A stretch of 64,000 bases of DNA, taken from NCBI GenBank assembly GCA_033442325.1, contig JAWQFM010000004.1, positions 324,459 through 388,458 on the forward strand, read 5' to 3'. Shown here one piece after another: positions 35,725 through 53,415 of this stretch; the first letter of the stretch is position 1, and each line of letters opens with the position of its first letter. Made by a program: the position numbers and the translations under genes. Source of the DNA: Salpingoeca rosetta. Its lineage: Eukaryota; Protista; Choanoflagellata. Under the pieces are notes generated by a model that made no database searches, was not told the DNA's origin, and worked only from the letters and a program-made list of their open reading frames with translations.

Positions 35725-36350
35725 AGCCACGTAGCAGCTGGAACTCAACATCTGCGCAGTCCGACGCGAGCGCAATCAGCAGGTTCAGCAGCACCATGGA
35801 GATGACATGCAGGACGCACAGCAGCCAGCACCGCCACTGTAGTCGCCGTCAAAGGTGTCCAGGTCAAAGTCCACCACCAGCAGCAGCATGTTGTTGAACA
35901 CGAGCAGCAAGGCCGTTGCCCGACAACGTGTTGTCGTTGAGCAGCAGCAACAACCGGAACGACGTCCACCCAGAGGGCGAGCAGAGCAAGAAGTGGCGCA
36001 TGTCGAAGCAGATGGGCCAGGATCATGCGCTGGATGGAATGCTTGCAGGCAGCACCGCAGTGAAAGGAACGTGTGTGCGTGCTGGGAAGTGTGCGTGCTG
36101 GGAAGGAGTACGCACCACAAACACAAACACAAACACTACATTCGTCACTTCCAACCAGCCTTGACTGCCGCACCTCCTGCACCATGTCCACAACCAGCCA
36201 GCACACCCAGCACCAGCATGATCACCACCGACTTGTTTTCACTAACTCCCAGCAGCAGCTGGGCCACGTCCTTGCCACTGATGAGGGCGACGGTGAGCAT
36301 GCACCACGCTGCCTCCCACAGCAACTGGCGCTGACGCGAACAATGAAGCT
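35725..36350 (-). pseudogene. TRP-like cation channel remnant (pore and S6)
   Basis: ALLLVFNNMLLLVVDFDLDTFDGDY, then (frameshift) HVISMVLLNLLIALASD, the TRP S6 LLNLLIA.M.D motif; further hydrophobic fragments upstream. Confidence 0.5.
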
Positions 36351-37929
36351 GCCAAACAGCTCCGCATCGTCCGTAGACTGAAACCATCATTCACAAAACC
36401 AGCTGCACGCGACAAGTGGCACCACGCGCGCCCCAGGGTCCTCAAGCTTGGCCAGCTCACCAGACAACTTTAGCAGGTTGTGCCAAAACGTACTGCTGCT
36501 CATCTCGCTGATGAATGTCCTGTCTGCCCTGGTGAGACAATCATGCCCGCTGCTGGTGGTTGTACTGCTTGTCGGCGGTGGAGGTCGCAAGCTCAAGCTC
36601 GCTTGTAAACGTGCACACAAGCAGGATGACGTCTGCCACGAGTGTGTGCGTCAGGGGCGACGCGCAGTGACCAGGGCTTCCCTGCCAGGGCTTGTCATCG
36701 CTAGGGTTGAAGAAGGCTCTGGCGAACTCACACACCTTGTCCACGATGAACTGCTCTGTGCTGCAGTCGAGCCAGGACACGCTGGTGGAGGTGCTGAAGA
36801 AATGGCACAGGGTGCGGGCGCGTGGCTGGTTTTGTTGGCCGCAATCGACAACAGAGACGGCGGCGTGTCTGCCTCGGCATCCTCCACGGCAGTGCTCACG
36901 GTGGCAGGGAACATGCACAGGGCTCGCTGCAGCTCAGCAACGCTGCCACAGTCAATTGAACGGGAGGTGATTGGGAGCTCGAGCGACGCCTCGACGTGGT
37001 GGGTAACAAGGGCAACGGCGCCAAGCATCGTGCCTTGCGGTCAAACTAGATGGCCAACAGGGTGGATTGCGACGGCCGTGGTGTTGCCCATGTTGAAGCT
37101 GAGCACACAATACGCAGCCGGCACCGCGAAGCTCGGCCATACAGGAGCACGTGCTTGGCGTCGCGTGTCCAAGTGGCTGACTCGAAGCTTGCACTGGCCG
37201 GCGTGGTGCTGCGTGATGGGCTGCCAGCCTCGCATGCTCCACAGCACAATGGCAACACTTGTCATGTTCCACTGCTCCAGGGTATGCGCGGTCAGGACGC
37301 GCTCGCCATCCAGGTGCTGGTGCACACCCCCGCTGTTGCCTCTGATCGATTGTGCTGGCCACCACACGGGGACTTCAAGGCCACACGGCAGGGGTCGTCC
37401 AGGTCCCAAACACTTTGCGCCATCGTACCCGGCAGCGAGCACGAGCGCCCTGCTGCAAGGGGGCTGTGTGGATCAGGGACACGCACAGTGACGAGGAGGA
37501 GGTCAGGCTGTACGCCGCCAAAACTGCCGGCTTTCTGACAAAAGCAGGTGCTGATCTCTGCTCGCAGACACGCTGATGGTGCCGATGAAGCCATGGCCCT
37601 CGCCAAAATGATGCCAAAGGCGCACAGGAGAAGGTGACGAAGTGGTGGCTGTTGCAATGGATTGGATCGCCGAGACGTGGACGCTGGTGATGTGGCGAAT
37701 CGTGTGCACTCATCGTTGGCGTCGCTGGTTATGTGGCCACTGGCCACGACCAGTGGATGGCTGCAGCCGCAAAGCCGCGTAACGTCAGCGGAGTTGCTCC
37801 AGGATGCAACAGCAGCGCACGCGTCGCCGTGTCCACCACCTGCACACACCGGTGGCGTTGTAGACCACGCGGCCCAGATGAACGTTGTAGTGGATGCGGA
37901 GCACGGTCGCATGCAACAGGTGTATGACT

Positions 37930-39844
37930 AGAAAACACCTCCAGCAAGCAGGTCGTCCTTGATCATCAGAACGACGTGCGCTGACTCAATGTTGATGTTG
38001 TCGCCAACTATTGCCACCACGTCGTCCTTTCGCCTCCATCTCCTGCACGCTCCTGCGAGCACGGTGTCGACGCCAACATCTGCCCCCGATGGACCGCGCA
38101 GTGCCCTCGTTGTCGCCCGTGTGAGCATGACCAGGCGCAAGCCGTGCTGGCACAGAAGGCGCACCGCCTCTTCACCTTTAGGGCTTGTACGTGTCAGCGA
38201 GACCTCACATAGCCCAGGCAGGAGGTTGCCGTCTGCCGAGCACACAACAACCGTGCAGCCACGCGTCTCCTCATCTTCGTGCATCGTCTGCCGCGATTTG
38301 CCGCTGATGGCGTTGGATTGCCAATACCACGATGTGCATGCCCATAGCACAATGGGCATGCCAATGACAATATGCTTGCTGTCCACGGTTGCTGAGATGC
38401 CCCGACCAGAGACCGTCTTGAAGTCCGTTGCAAGAGACAGCGCCGACGTGTGCCACAATCGCCTGGCCCAGGGGCATGCTCGCTGTTTGCCTCTGCAGCC
38501 GCCACCAGCTTCAACAGGGCGTCCTCCTCCGTCCACGTGTCATCATCGCCGAGCACGCGCACACATGACTTGTGGAGATCCAACCGTCAGCGTGCCCGTC
38601 TTGGCAGAATTGTGAGTGTGTGAGAGAGCGTGTGTGTATGTGCGTGTGAGTGCGTGAAGGTGAGTGTGGGCATGGAGGTGTGAGTGAGTGAGTGTGTGAG
38701 TGTTCTCTAACCACGACTCGCGAGCACCAGTACGAAGCACACACACACACACACACACACACAAGACACACACACACACACACACACACACACCGAACGT
38801 GAGCTCCAATTTGTCAGCGGCACCCGAGGTCAGCAGCGCAACCCACACACCAACAGCAACACGACGCCTGACACAAAGCGCCCCGCCAGCTTGTCTGGGA
38901 AAGAACAAGGAGGGAAAGGAAAGGGAGAGGGTGTGTGAGTATGTGTGAGAGTGGGAATGTCTGCAGAAACATTGACAGGCACGTGTGAAACGGTGGTGTA
39001 GCATATTGCATCCATCACACACACCTGCTGGATGGGCGCCTTTGACAGTTGAGCATCCTCGTTGTCAACATGCGTGGCCTCAAAGACCATGCACCATGGT
39101 GCCGCCCATACGACAATAACGCCTTTGGAGACGAGACGGGCTTTGATTCGCCCGTGACCATGGCCTCGTCCATTTCACCCGCACCCTCCAGCACGCGGGC
39201 GTCCAATCAATTCACAGGCACTTTGTCACCGGCCACCACCTACAACCAAGAACGTGAGGGAAGGTGAGCGAGATGCAACGACAGTGCATTTTCTGGCGGC
39301 TGCCATAACCGCAGCTGAGGGCTGCAAACAACTACCACAATGCTGCTGCTGCAGCAGGTATAACCAACCACCCGCCCATCACCGACCACCACATGTAAGC
39401 ACCACCACTGACTCCAACACCCAACCCCTCATCACGCACCTTCAGTTTGTCACCGCGCTGCACGAGCTCGGTGTCAATTCGCTCCTCCACGCGGTTGCCT
39501 TTGACTATATCTTCCTTCATCAGGCTGGAGGTGTTGCCTTTGGCGAGGTATTCGATGTACCGCCCAGGCGACACAAAGGTGAAGAGGAGAATGCCGGTCT
39601 CAAAGAAGAGGTCGCAACCATCACAAGTCAAAGTAATCGTGGGCGGCGGGTGCAACAATGCGCACCACCAGAGAGTACAGGTACGCAACCCTGAGGTGGA
39701 TTTACGACGACGCAAGAGCAAGTGCGTGTGGATCAGCAACACGTGTGCACGCATGCAAACGTGAGCAAAGAAGGCAAGTACAGCGCTCTCTCGTTCACTG
39801 CGGTGGTGGGCTTGAAGAGAAAACGCGGAAGTGGTCGCAACACA

Positions 39845-39893
<49 letters not shown>

Positions 39894-40996
39894 CGCACAC
39901 ACACACACGCACACACACACGCACACATACCACATTCATGTTGGCAGCGCCGTGCATGGTGGACCGCACCGCGGAGACGAAACGGCCGACCGGGAAAATG
40001 AAGGAGATCAGACCCAGCAGCGTGAGAATGAGGTTGTGTTGCGATATGTCATCGACGACGCACGCATCCCAGGAGTCCGGCCACACACGGCCACGATGAT
40101 GGACGTGACGAAGAAACACGGTGGTGCACACGATGAAGGTGATGGGGCAGAAGCGGATCTCGCTCCTGTGGGTGGGTGGTGGTGCTTCGTGGTCCAGCTC
40201 CGACGCGTGCCCCAGCATCCTTCAGCGCGCTGCAGGAACAAATGGGCATCGTGTGAAGTGCATGACACAAGGCATTCTTTAGTAAGTGGTGATGGGTAGC
40301 AAGAAGGTGTTGCAGCAAGGACAGACACAGAGTCAGTTGGAGGGATTCGGTTGGAGGGGGAAGCAGAGAAGAAGCAAGACGAAGCGACACGTACAAGTGC
40401 AAACACGCACACACATACACACACACCCATACACATGCGCACGTGATCATGTCGCGTGGTCCCGTTGCATAGGTCTCGTGTTTGACTTGCATACGGCCCA
40501 ACGCATCATCAACCTGCACCGTTGAACATCGGGCAGGGCCCTTAGCGTCGCCTGTCATGCATGTCCAGCAACAGCAGCAGCAGCAGCAGCAGCATGATGA
40601 GAGGTTGAAGTGGAAAGTGGGCATGCGTGCATACAAGCAACCGCGCGTGCATGCAAGCAAAAGAGAACAAGCAGAGATGCAGTGCCGCGCACATCGCATA
40701 CCACATGCTGAGGTACGTCATGCCTTGTGCGGGTGTATGCATTTCCTCGCGGGCCTTTGTATCCGCCGACTTTGCTGATGCTGGCGATGATGGGTGCAGG
40801 GCTTCACCGTCGCGGTGCCAGTGAGCAGGCCCACACGACACATTGCTGTGCACGCCCAGGCATGCGCCCTCAATGTTGGGCACGCATGAGGTGCACGGCA
40901 TGCCTGTAGTGCAGCGCGACCGCATCAGCGAAAGTGGAAAGTGGAAGTGAGAAAGTGCCGAGGGTGAGAGTATGCCGAAGCGAGGGAGCACTGAAC

Positions 40997-41047
<51 letters not shown>

Positions 41048-41330
41048 GTGCATGCACGCACCCCAGAGGCGTGGGGAGCTGCTGTTGTGCTGGGGTGGGG
41101 TGATGGCTTTCCGAAGAGTGTCGGCAACAGCGTCTTGGCGCTTGTTGGAAGGCGCCACTGTTTTCCTGTCGGGTGTGCTCAAAGCTGAAGTGGAGGACGT
41201 GGACACCCCATCAACAGCCTGCTGCTCTTCACGCTGCTGTGGCGGTGAGACGATTTCAACGGAGTACCCGCCCGTCGCGTACAATGTCTGCCAGCTGGCC
41301 TGATGACACCTCTGCAAGTTGTTCGACAGC
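37930..41330 (-). pseudogene. Heavily decayed P1B Cu-transporting ATPase (ATP7-like)
   Basis: Collinear motif remnants: GMPCTSCV (HMA), HGAANMNV, FFETGILLFTFVSPGRYIEYLAKGNTS, LVQRGDKLKV, DEAMVTGESKPV, SKAPIQQ, DKLAGRFV, KTGTLT, AEANSEH, VSGRGI, IVGDNIN. Many frameshifts; microsatellite introns retained. Confidence 0.85.
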
Positions 41331-42578
41331 AACCGTCTTGTCTTCGATCATGAGTGTGGTCTTGATCACCGTTGGCCTGACACGCTGCTGTCGCTTAAGA
41401 CGGCCGCATTGCCCTGATCACACGAGCCACATGCCACGGTGGACTTTGCCTGAGGAGGCTGCCATGGCTGTTGTTGTTGTGGTGGTGGTGGTGGAGTCGA
41501 GTGGCCACATGCAGCAGCAGCAGGTTCACGTTGTTCTCCTGCTCCTCCATCCACCGTCTGGCAAGGACAGCTGGCCCAGACTCAACATCACGCATACTTG
41601 CAGTTGTCTTGGCGAGGAGCGTGCCGTGTTGGTGGAGAGGAGGCGCTGCGCGCATGCATGCTGGTGCCAACCAGACGGAGGGAGGAAGGGCACACACTCC
41701 TTATGATACCGGCAGCAGTGACTGGGGAGTGTCTTGGACAGAGAGGGACAGCTGCATCATATGCGTACATCAGGTGCACCTGTGTGCGTCCTTGTCTGCA
41801 TGGACACTATGTTCACAGAGGCGCGAGGCAGCGTGGAGAAGGTGGTGGCGGGGGGACGAGAGCGTCACGATGTCAGACACGACGTAGATGCGAGAGGAGG
41901 TAAGGTGCACCAGCACAATGGAAGATAGGCAGATGGGCGTGAGCACGTGTCGTTGGAACAACGTGTGATGTATGTGAGCGTATGCGTTTACGTGTGTTGC
42001 GTAGATAAGGCTGGGCAATGCAATGCAATGCAATGTAATGGAATGACCTCACACACACTCACACACACGCACCTTTGGATGAACAGTGTATTCTTCAGTC
42101 ACGATGGCTGCCTCCTTCACATGTGTTCAACTCACGCCCTTCTTCTGCACTGCGTGATGAAGCTGTGTGCCGTGTGTGCTCTGTCCTTGTTGGTCCAGTG
42201 ATGAGGTGATGAAGGAAGGCTGAGGGATGGATGGATGGATGGATGGATGGAAGGCTGTCTCAAGGGATGGATGCGTGTCAACGTGCTCCTTTCCACAACA
42301 ACAACAACACACACACAACAGTGAACTTGCTTGCTTGTGTGTGGCTGGAAATCCAATGCACGATTCCCAACAATCGTCCACAACCACAACCAGCCAAAAA
42401 CGCCACAAACAACAACAACCAATCCGGTCTTCTTTTGTCTTCTCTTGGTGTTGCGCCTGTCCTGCGAACAGCCACGCGAACGAGGAAGGAGGAAGGCAGA
42501 CTTAACTTCTCCTTCTGTTCTCCTCTTCTTCTCTTCTCTTCTCTCCTTCTCCTTCTCCTCTTCTCCTCTTCTTGTGCG

Positions 42579-43814
42579 ATGAGAACGATGGGGTGCCTGC
42601 AGGCACGTGTGATGCTGCTCCCCGTGCTGCTGGTGGTGGCGGCGGCAGTGTGCTGGATGCCGTTCATCAGCAGCGTTGTTGGAGAGGTGACGCTGGTGGA
42701 GGATGATGCGGGCGCGTTTCACATCAACACTAGCGATCCAATGAGCCAACCGGTGTTTGTGAACGGGGTGAATGTGCACGAGACACTCAGCACGCTGATG
42801 AGCACCGTCTCGGTGCAGCAGAGCATGATCGATTGTGTCTTTGGCAGCAAAGTGTGCACCCCGAGCGCCAGCACGTTTGGCCAGCTCGACTCCCTGGGTG
42901 GAAAGTGGCTTGGGGGTGTGCTGGCCAACAACGGCCTGATCTACGCTGCACCTCGGAACTCCCCTTCCGTGCTCATCATCGACCCCAGCACCAACACCGT
43001 CGATACAACCACAATCACCGCACTTGGAACGGACAAGAACAAATGGGCGGGTGCTGTGTTGGCACAGACGAGGCTTATTTATATGTTCCCTTCACGAAGG
43101 GAGACCATGCTCATCATCGATCCGGACACCAACACAGTTGACGCCACCAGCATCCACTCGCTTGGATCGATGGATGCCAAGTGGTTTAGCGGTGTGGTGG
43201 CTCACAACGGCCTCATCTTCGGCGTTCCGTACTTCGCCACGGCAGTTCTGATCATTGATCCAGAAACCAACACAGCCGACACCACCACGCTGTCCGGGCT
43301 GTCGAGCCAGCAATACAAATGGTACGGCGGTGTGCAAGCGGACAACAGCCTTATCTACTGTATCCCCAGGTCGGCGTCTTCTGTCCTCATCGTCAATCCA
43401 GAGTCCTTCACAATGGACCTCACAACCATCAGCGGCTTCGACACGAGAGCAAAGTGGTTTGGTGGTGTGCTGGCAGGGAATGGCCTCATCTACACCATCC
43501 CAGCATCCTCTGCCACCGCGCTTGTTATAAACCCAGCCACCAACGCCACCGACGAACTACCAATCGCTCAGCAAATCAGCGTCACAAAGTGGATTGGTGG
43601 CGTGCTCGCACCCAATGGCAACATCATTGGCATTCCATTCAGCTCTTCATCCCTCCTCATCTTCGATCCAACCACCAATACTACCGACACAACAACCGTC
43701 AACGATCTTGGTGGCGACTACAAGTGGTGGGATGGCGTGCTCGCACCAAACGGCCTCATCTACGGCATTCCACATGATGCCGAGTCGGTCCTTGTGATTG
43801 ACCCTGGGTGCTGA
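42579..43814 (+). CDS. Secreted 7-repeat propeller protein B
   Basis: Signal peptide; EDDAGAFHINTSD..PVFVNG; seven KWxGGV repeats; IDPGC-stop. Confidence 0.85.
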   Translation: MRTMGCLQARVMLLPVLLVVAAAVCWMPFISSVVGEVTLVEDDAGAFHINTSDPMSQPVFVNGVNVHETLSTLMSTVSVQQSMIDCVFGSKVCTPSASTFGQLDSLGGKWLGGVLANNGLIYAAPRNSPSVLIIDPSTNTVDTTTITALGTDKNKWAGAVLAQTRLIYMFPSRRETMLIIDPDTNTVDATSIHSLGSMDAKWFSGVVAHNGLIFGVPYFATAVLIIDPETNTADTTTLSGLSSQQYKWYGGVQADNSLIYCIPRSASSVLIVNPESFTMDLTTISGFDTRAKWFGGVLAGNGLIYTIPASSATALVINPATNATDELPIAQQISVTKWIGGVLAPNGNIIGIPFSSSSLLIFDPTTNTTDTTTVNDLGGDYKWWDGVLAPNGLIYGIPHDAESVLVIDPGC

Positions 43815-45460
43815 TGTGGGTGTGTGTGTGTGTGTGCATATGTACATGTGTCTTTGTGTCTGTCTGTCTGCCTGTGTGTGCGTGTGTGTGTGTGTGTGTG
43901 CACATGCTTTCCTACTCGCACCTTTCTGCACCGCCTTGGCTCTTTCAGTCTTCCACCCTGCTGCTTCTGTCAACCTCTGTGTTCCTTCTTCTGTCTCTCT
44001 CCTTGTACCCTGCGTATCGATGCTGTTCATTGTTCTTCAACTGTACATACATGCATTGACCCCGGCCCGATTGTCAAAACATCAAGAACAGTGTCAACTG
44101 CAAGACTGCAACACTCAAAGAGCTTGACGTGAACTCCTTGACACACTCGCATCCATGCAGTTTGAACAGCTGTGCCACTACGATGATGCACGCACTTATG
44201 CCGAAGGGAAGCCACCTCTTCCAGGACACCAATGCAATCACTCTTTTGAGTCAGTCATCAGTACACGAGCAAAACAACTGCAGTCCATGTCATCCACAAC
44301 ATGGACATGGATATCAACACAGTGGAGGCGTTGCTCGTGCGGTCGAGCCCGACAGGGGAACACGCAGAGGTCACGGCCAACCCCCAGCAGCACAGTGCAG
44401 GTGCAGGTTCACCTGCAACAGGCAGAAGCACGACAGGAAACAGGACAACAACGTGAGCGTGATGCACATCAAGCCACCGCACACACACACACCATGTTGG
44501 AATGCATCATGTGAGCAAACCAGACACGTTATGCACACGACCCAAGGAGAAGACACCATCCTCACTACCTCACATCAAAACACACACGCGTTGCTGGCTT
44601 GCACCTTGGTCTGGCTGCTCAATGAGTGGAAAGAGGGAGAGTGGATGCTCGTGCATCCATGCGTGCATCCATGCACGCGTGCTCAGGTGCGCAGTGGAAT
44701 GCCAGCGAGGGAGAGGTGTGTCTCGGTGAACGTCGGGGTGAGGTCTTGCGATGAGTGCCATATTCCTATCCTCCACGTGTGTAAATGGAATCAGAGTGGT
44801 TCCTCTGCCTCTTCCACTGTGTCACAGCAAGCCAAGTGTACGTGGCACGCGAACACGCAATAGCGTGTGCTGCTCTTGCTGACATCAAACCTCATCGCCA
44901 CCCCCCCCCCACTACAATCAGCTGGCGGTGCAGCGAAGGAAGGGGTCTCTGCCTCTCCCGTGTCATTGCCTCAGCAAGGAAAGCTGGGTGGTCGACGACA
45001 GGCGGCGTCTCCTCTGGTCGTGTGTGGACGAAACAGCAACGAGGACAGCGAGGGAGCCTGCGGAAGGTCAGTAATGTGATGTGATCTCACACTGGGAGCA
45101 GTGGAGTGGACTGTGTGGTGGAAGCGAGGAGAGTGGAGTGGCGAAGCTGCACGCAGCAGTAACAGCGACTGCCTCAGGAACGAAGGGACGGTGTGCCTCA
45201 TCCCCCTCCTCTCTTCTGCAACAGGCAACAGGCAAGCAGGCAACACGCAGTACCTGAAGGAATGAAGGAAGGAGTGTGCGTGTCTTCTTGAGCTGGCTGC
45301 AAGCAACAAGAACAGCAGGGAGAGGGAAGCTGAAGAGGAAAGACTGCAGAGAAGAGCGAAGTGGCTGCTGCGATTTTGCTTGCTTTGCTTTTTCTAGACT
45401 TGTGCACGAACAACCAAGCAAGACAAGCAACAGCACAGCACAGCAAGCACAGCAGACGAG

Positions 45461-46813
45461 ATGCTGCTCAGCGACATGAGATGCACACCAACAACAAGCG
45501 CAACAACAACACCAACAACAACAACCACAGCAGCCTTTCCCTCCCTCCCCCGCTTACTGCCCACCATCCTCTTCCTTCTCCTTCTCGTCCTGCTCGCAGA
45601 ACCAATGAGAGGAGAAGTGACGTTTGTGGAGGACGATGCGGGCGCACTGCACATCAACACGAGCGATCCAGCGAGCCAGCCCGTTTTGGTCAACGGGATG
45701 AACGTGGATGCGCTGTTCGAGACGGTGGCAACACAGCAGAGCATGCTGCAGGAGTATGAGCAAAACGTGCAGGAGCAGCAGACCACGATCGACAAGCAGC
45801 AGGGCACGATCAGCGTGAACCAAGGAAGGATCGATGCGCTGAGAGCTGAGGTGTGTTCCCCAAGTGCCAGCACGTTCGGAGACCTTGGCAGCTCCACAAA
45901 CAAGTGGATTGGCGGGGTATTGGCTGGCAACGGCTTGATCTACGCGACCCCATTTGATGCTGACTCAGTCCTGATCATCGATCCCACCACCAACACTGTC
46001 GACACCACCACCATCGCCGGACTTGGAGCAGCTAAAGAGAAGTGGGCCGGTGCTGTCCTCACACACGACAACCTCATCTACATGCTTCCCGCAGGAAACA
46101 CCACGATGCTTATCGTTGACCCTGAGACCAACACAGCTGACACAACAAGCATTCAGTCGCTTGGATCTGGCAGCCACAAGTGGTACACCGGCGTTGTGAC
46201 AAGCGACGGCCTCATCTTCGCTGTTCCTTATTCCGCCACATCTGTGTTGGTCATCGACCCCACCACCAACACCGCGGATACTACCACCATGGGTGGCCTC
46301 CCTTCCGATGCCTACAAGTGGTACGGCGGCGTACAGGCCGCCAACGGCCTCATCTATTGTATGCCAGTCCGCGCAGCCTCAGTCCTCATCATTGACCCGG
46401 TGGCACTCACAATGGATACGGGCACGCTGGCTGGCTTGGGCACGACTACCAAGTGGTGGGGTGGCGTCCTGGCTGGCAACGGCCTCATCCACACGATGCC
46501 ATCCTATGCTGGAAGTATGCTCGTCGTTGATCCAGCCACCAATACCACAGACACGATCACCATTACTGACACGACCAGCACAGCCAAATGGGTTGGTGGT
46601 GTGCTTGCACCCAACGGCAACATCATAGGTATTCCATATGAATCCTCGTCCGTCCTTATCTTCGATCCAGCCACCAACACCAGCGACACAGCTGCCGTCA
46701 ACAACCTTGTTGGAAACTCGAAATGGTGGGATGGCGTGCTCGCCAACAACGGCATCATCTACGCCATTCCACATTATGCTGAGAACATACTTGTCATCGA
46801 CCCTGGGTGTTAA
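45461..46813 (+). CDS. Secreted 7-repeat propeller protein C (tandem paralog of B, longer coiled coil)
   Basis: Same architecture with stalk QQSMLQEYEQNVQEQQTTIDKQQGTISVNQGRIDALRAEVC; IDPGC-stop. Confidence 0.85.
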   Translation: MLLSDMRCTPTTSATTTPTTTTTAAFPSLPRLLPTILFLLLLVLLAEPMRGEVTFVEDDAGALHINTSDPASQPVLVNGMNVDALFETVATQQSMLQEYEQNVQEQQTTIDKQQGTISVNQGRIDALRAEVCSPSASTFGDLGSSTNKWIGGVLAGNGLIYATPFDADSVLIIDPTTNTVDTTTIAGLGAAKEKWAGAVLTHDNLIYMLPAGNTTMLIVDPETNTADTTSIQSLGSGSHKWYTGVVTSDGLIFAVPYSATSVLVIDPTTNTADTTTMGGLPSDAYKWYGGVQAANGLIYCMPVRAASVLIIDPVALTMDTGTLAGLGTTTKWWGGVLAGNGLIHTMPSYAGSMLVVDPATNTTDTITITDTTSTAKWVGGVLAPNGNIIGIPYESSSVLIFDPATNTSDTAAVNNLVGNSKWWDGVLANNGIIYAIPHYAENILVIDPGC

Positions 46814-47859
46814 TCAACGACTCTCGTTGCCTTGCTTTGGCTGCATACTTGCAAGCGTGTCCCCTTTTCCTGTTGTGGCTTGCCTACCACCCAGCCTCTG
46901 GCTTTGTTCTTCCTGCACAGCTGTTGCCCACCAGTACACCATTACTGCAGTGCTTGTGGTCACTTCGATAAACACTCCTCTTATCCTGAGAACAAGCGTC
47001 ACATCACCTCGCATCATTCATTGTCCGACACCCCCCCCCCCAGCGGCAATGGAACCAAACAAATGTGTGCTGTGATGTGATGCGCATCTGCTCCTGCACA
47101 CAACGCAACGCACCGCAATGCGCAACTGAGAGGATGGCGTACACATGCTGGATGCTTCCCCCGTTCGTCTGCTGCTTCCACTCGACTGCCCCTCTTGTGC
47201 AGACCCTTTGCGCCAGAGCGTGGAGCATGGCGAGACGACACAAGAGCGAGCGCACAGGCCGCACCACAGCACGTTATTTATTCCCCCAGCGACAGTCCCC
47301 ACCCACCAAAGCAGCTACTGCAGCAACAGAGGCAACAGGAGTGGCCGCGTGGTGTTGAGTGTCAAGCGATGCGGCATTCCTGCTTGACACACAAACTGGC
47401 CGTTCGTGGCACTTTCACCTTCATCCGCTTGGTGTATGCAATTGCGTGGTGCTGCGCTTGACCTGTGCAGTTGTTATCAAGAGAGATGGGTTGGTGGCGA
47501 TGCATATTGTGGATTGTCTTCTGTGGTGTTTGTGTGAATGCGTGACATTGTTGAACTTGCGTGCTGCTCGACCGTGCACATCATAGAATGACTTTGAAAC
47601 GAGGATGTACTGGCGTGGATGAAGGGATGAACGAAGAGACGCAAGAAGCACAAGTCAAAACAAGCACACAAAGAACACACGCATGCAAGCAAGCACTCGG
47701 TCACTGTGCCTCAAGTCAGAAGAGAATGTAACAGCAGCAGGAAGGAGGGGCAGCGAGAGCGGACAAGAAGTACAGATGCAAACACGTCACTGCCCACATC
47801 CCACCACACACACACACACACACGCACACACGCACAACCATCCGCCCCCCTCACCTTCC

Positions 47860-47900
<41 letters not shown>

Positions 47901-47914
47901 TCCACTCCTCCTCG

Positions 47915-48577
47915 TCACAGCTCATCGTGCCCCCCATGACCGCTGAAGCACGTCTTGAAGCAGGAGCCGAGCTTTTGGCCCATGAGCGGGCCGTCCACGT
48001 TCAGGTTGAACACCTCCATCTTGTCGAGGTGCGGGTTGAGGCGGGCGTTCAGGCGCTCGGGGATGGTGAAGAGGCACGGCGGGCCGGGCTTCTCCGTGGA
48101 GTACGTGGCCATGGCAAACGTCATGGCCATGACGCAGTTGATGCGCCGCTCCTCCGGGTTGTTGCTGGCCACGGCGCTGTTGTTGACGGCCATGACGTCC
48201 GTCACCTCAAACGTCACCTTGAGGCCGCACCCTGGCGGCGTGTTCACCTGGCTGTACGCGTCCACCATCGAGGCGTGCGTGCGTGGCATGAACGACGGAA
48301 ACTCTGCAGCAAGGTCCTCTGTGTAGAACTTGTCCACATGCTCCTGGATGCGCGTTCGCATGACGCCCTCGTCCCCAGATGAAGACGTGGTGATGGCATC
48401 CACAAAGTCCTCGATGCTTCGCCGAAGGTGGTCCACACACAGCTCCTCGTCCGAGGTCTCAGCTTGCGGTTGCGTTTGCGTTTGCGCAGAAGCAGCACCA
48501 AACAGCGCAAGGCTGGCAAGCACAGCAACAACGAGGAGCATGCAGGCACGGAAGGCCGCGACAAGGCGCACACACAT
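47915..48577 (-). CDS. 220-aa ER-lumenal protein of unknown function (signal peptide plus C-terminal HDEL)
   Basis: Hydrophobic signal MCVRLVAAF..LALFGAASA; strong GC3 codon bias; ends GHGGHDEL-stop. Confidence 0.8.
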   Translation of the reverse strand: MCVRLVAAFRACMLLVVAVLASLALFGAASAQTQTQPQAETSDEELCVDHLRRSIEDFVDAITTSSSGDEGVMRTRIQEHVDKFYTEDLAAEFPSFMPRTHASMVDAYSQVNTPPGCGLKVTFEVTDVMAVNNSAVASNNPEERRINCVMAMTFAMATYSTEKPGPPCLFTIPERLNARLNPHLDKMEVFNLNVDGPLMGQKLGSCFKTCFSGHGGHDEL

Positions 48578-48891
48578 CTTGGTGTGATGGGATGTTGTGT
48601 TTGGTGCTGCTGTGTGCTGTGAGATGTTGTTCTTCTCTTGTTTGGCGAAAGCAAGCAAGCAAGCAGTGCTACAAGGAAACAGACAGCAGTCCTTTGCTGA
48701 CTTGTGTTGTCGAAGATCGTGAATGGCTTCAGGTGATTTTCCACAAACAGCAGCAAAGAAGAGCAAAGCGCCACATCAAGCACCGCTCTTGCTGCTCTTC
48801 TTTTGTTGCCTTGTTGCTTGCAGAGCTTGCCCTTAGTGCCCTTGCCTTCCTTCAGGCCTTCTTGTTGAAGTGTGTCAAACTTTGAGGCACA

Positions 48892-53415
<4,524 letters not shown>

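Noticed and set aside
36448-37930. 347-aa + strand ORF with faint ankyrin-like words (GNT, KAGADL)
   Set aside because: No coherent repeat or frame; possibly debris, but unsupported.
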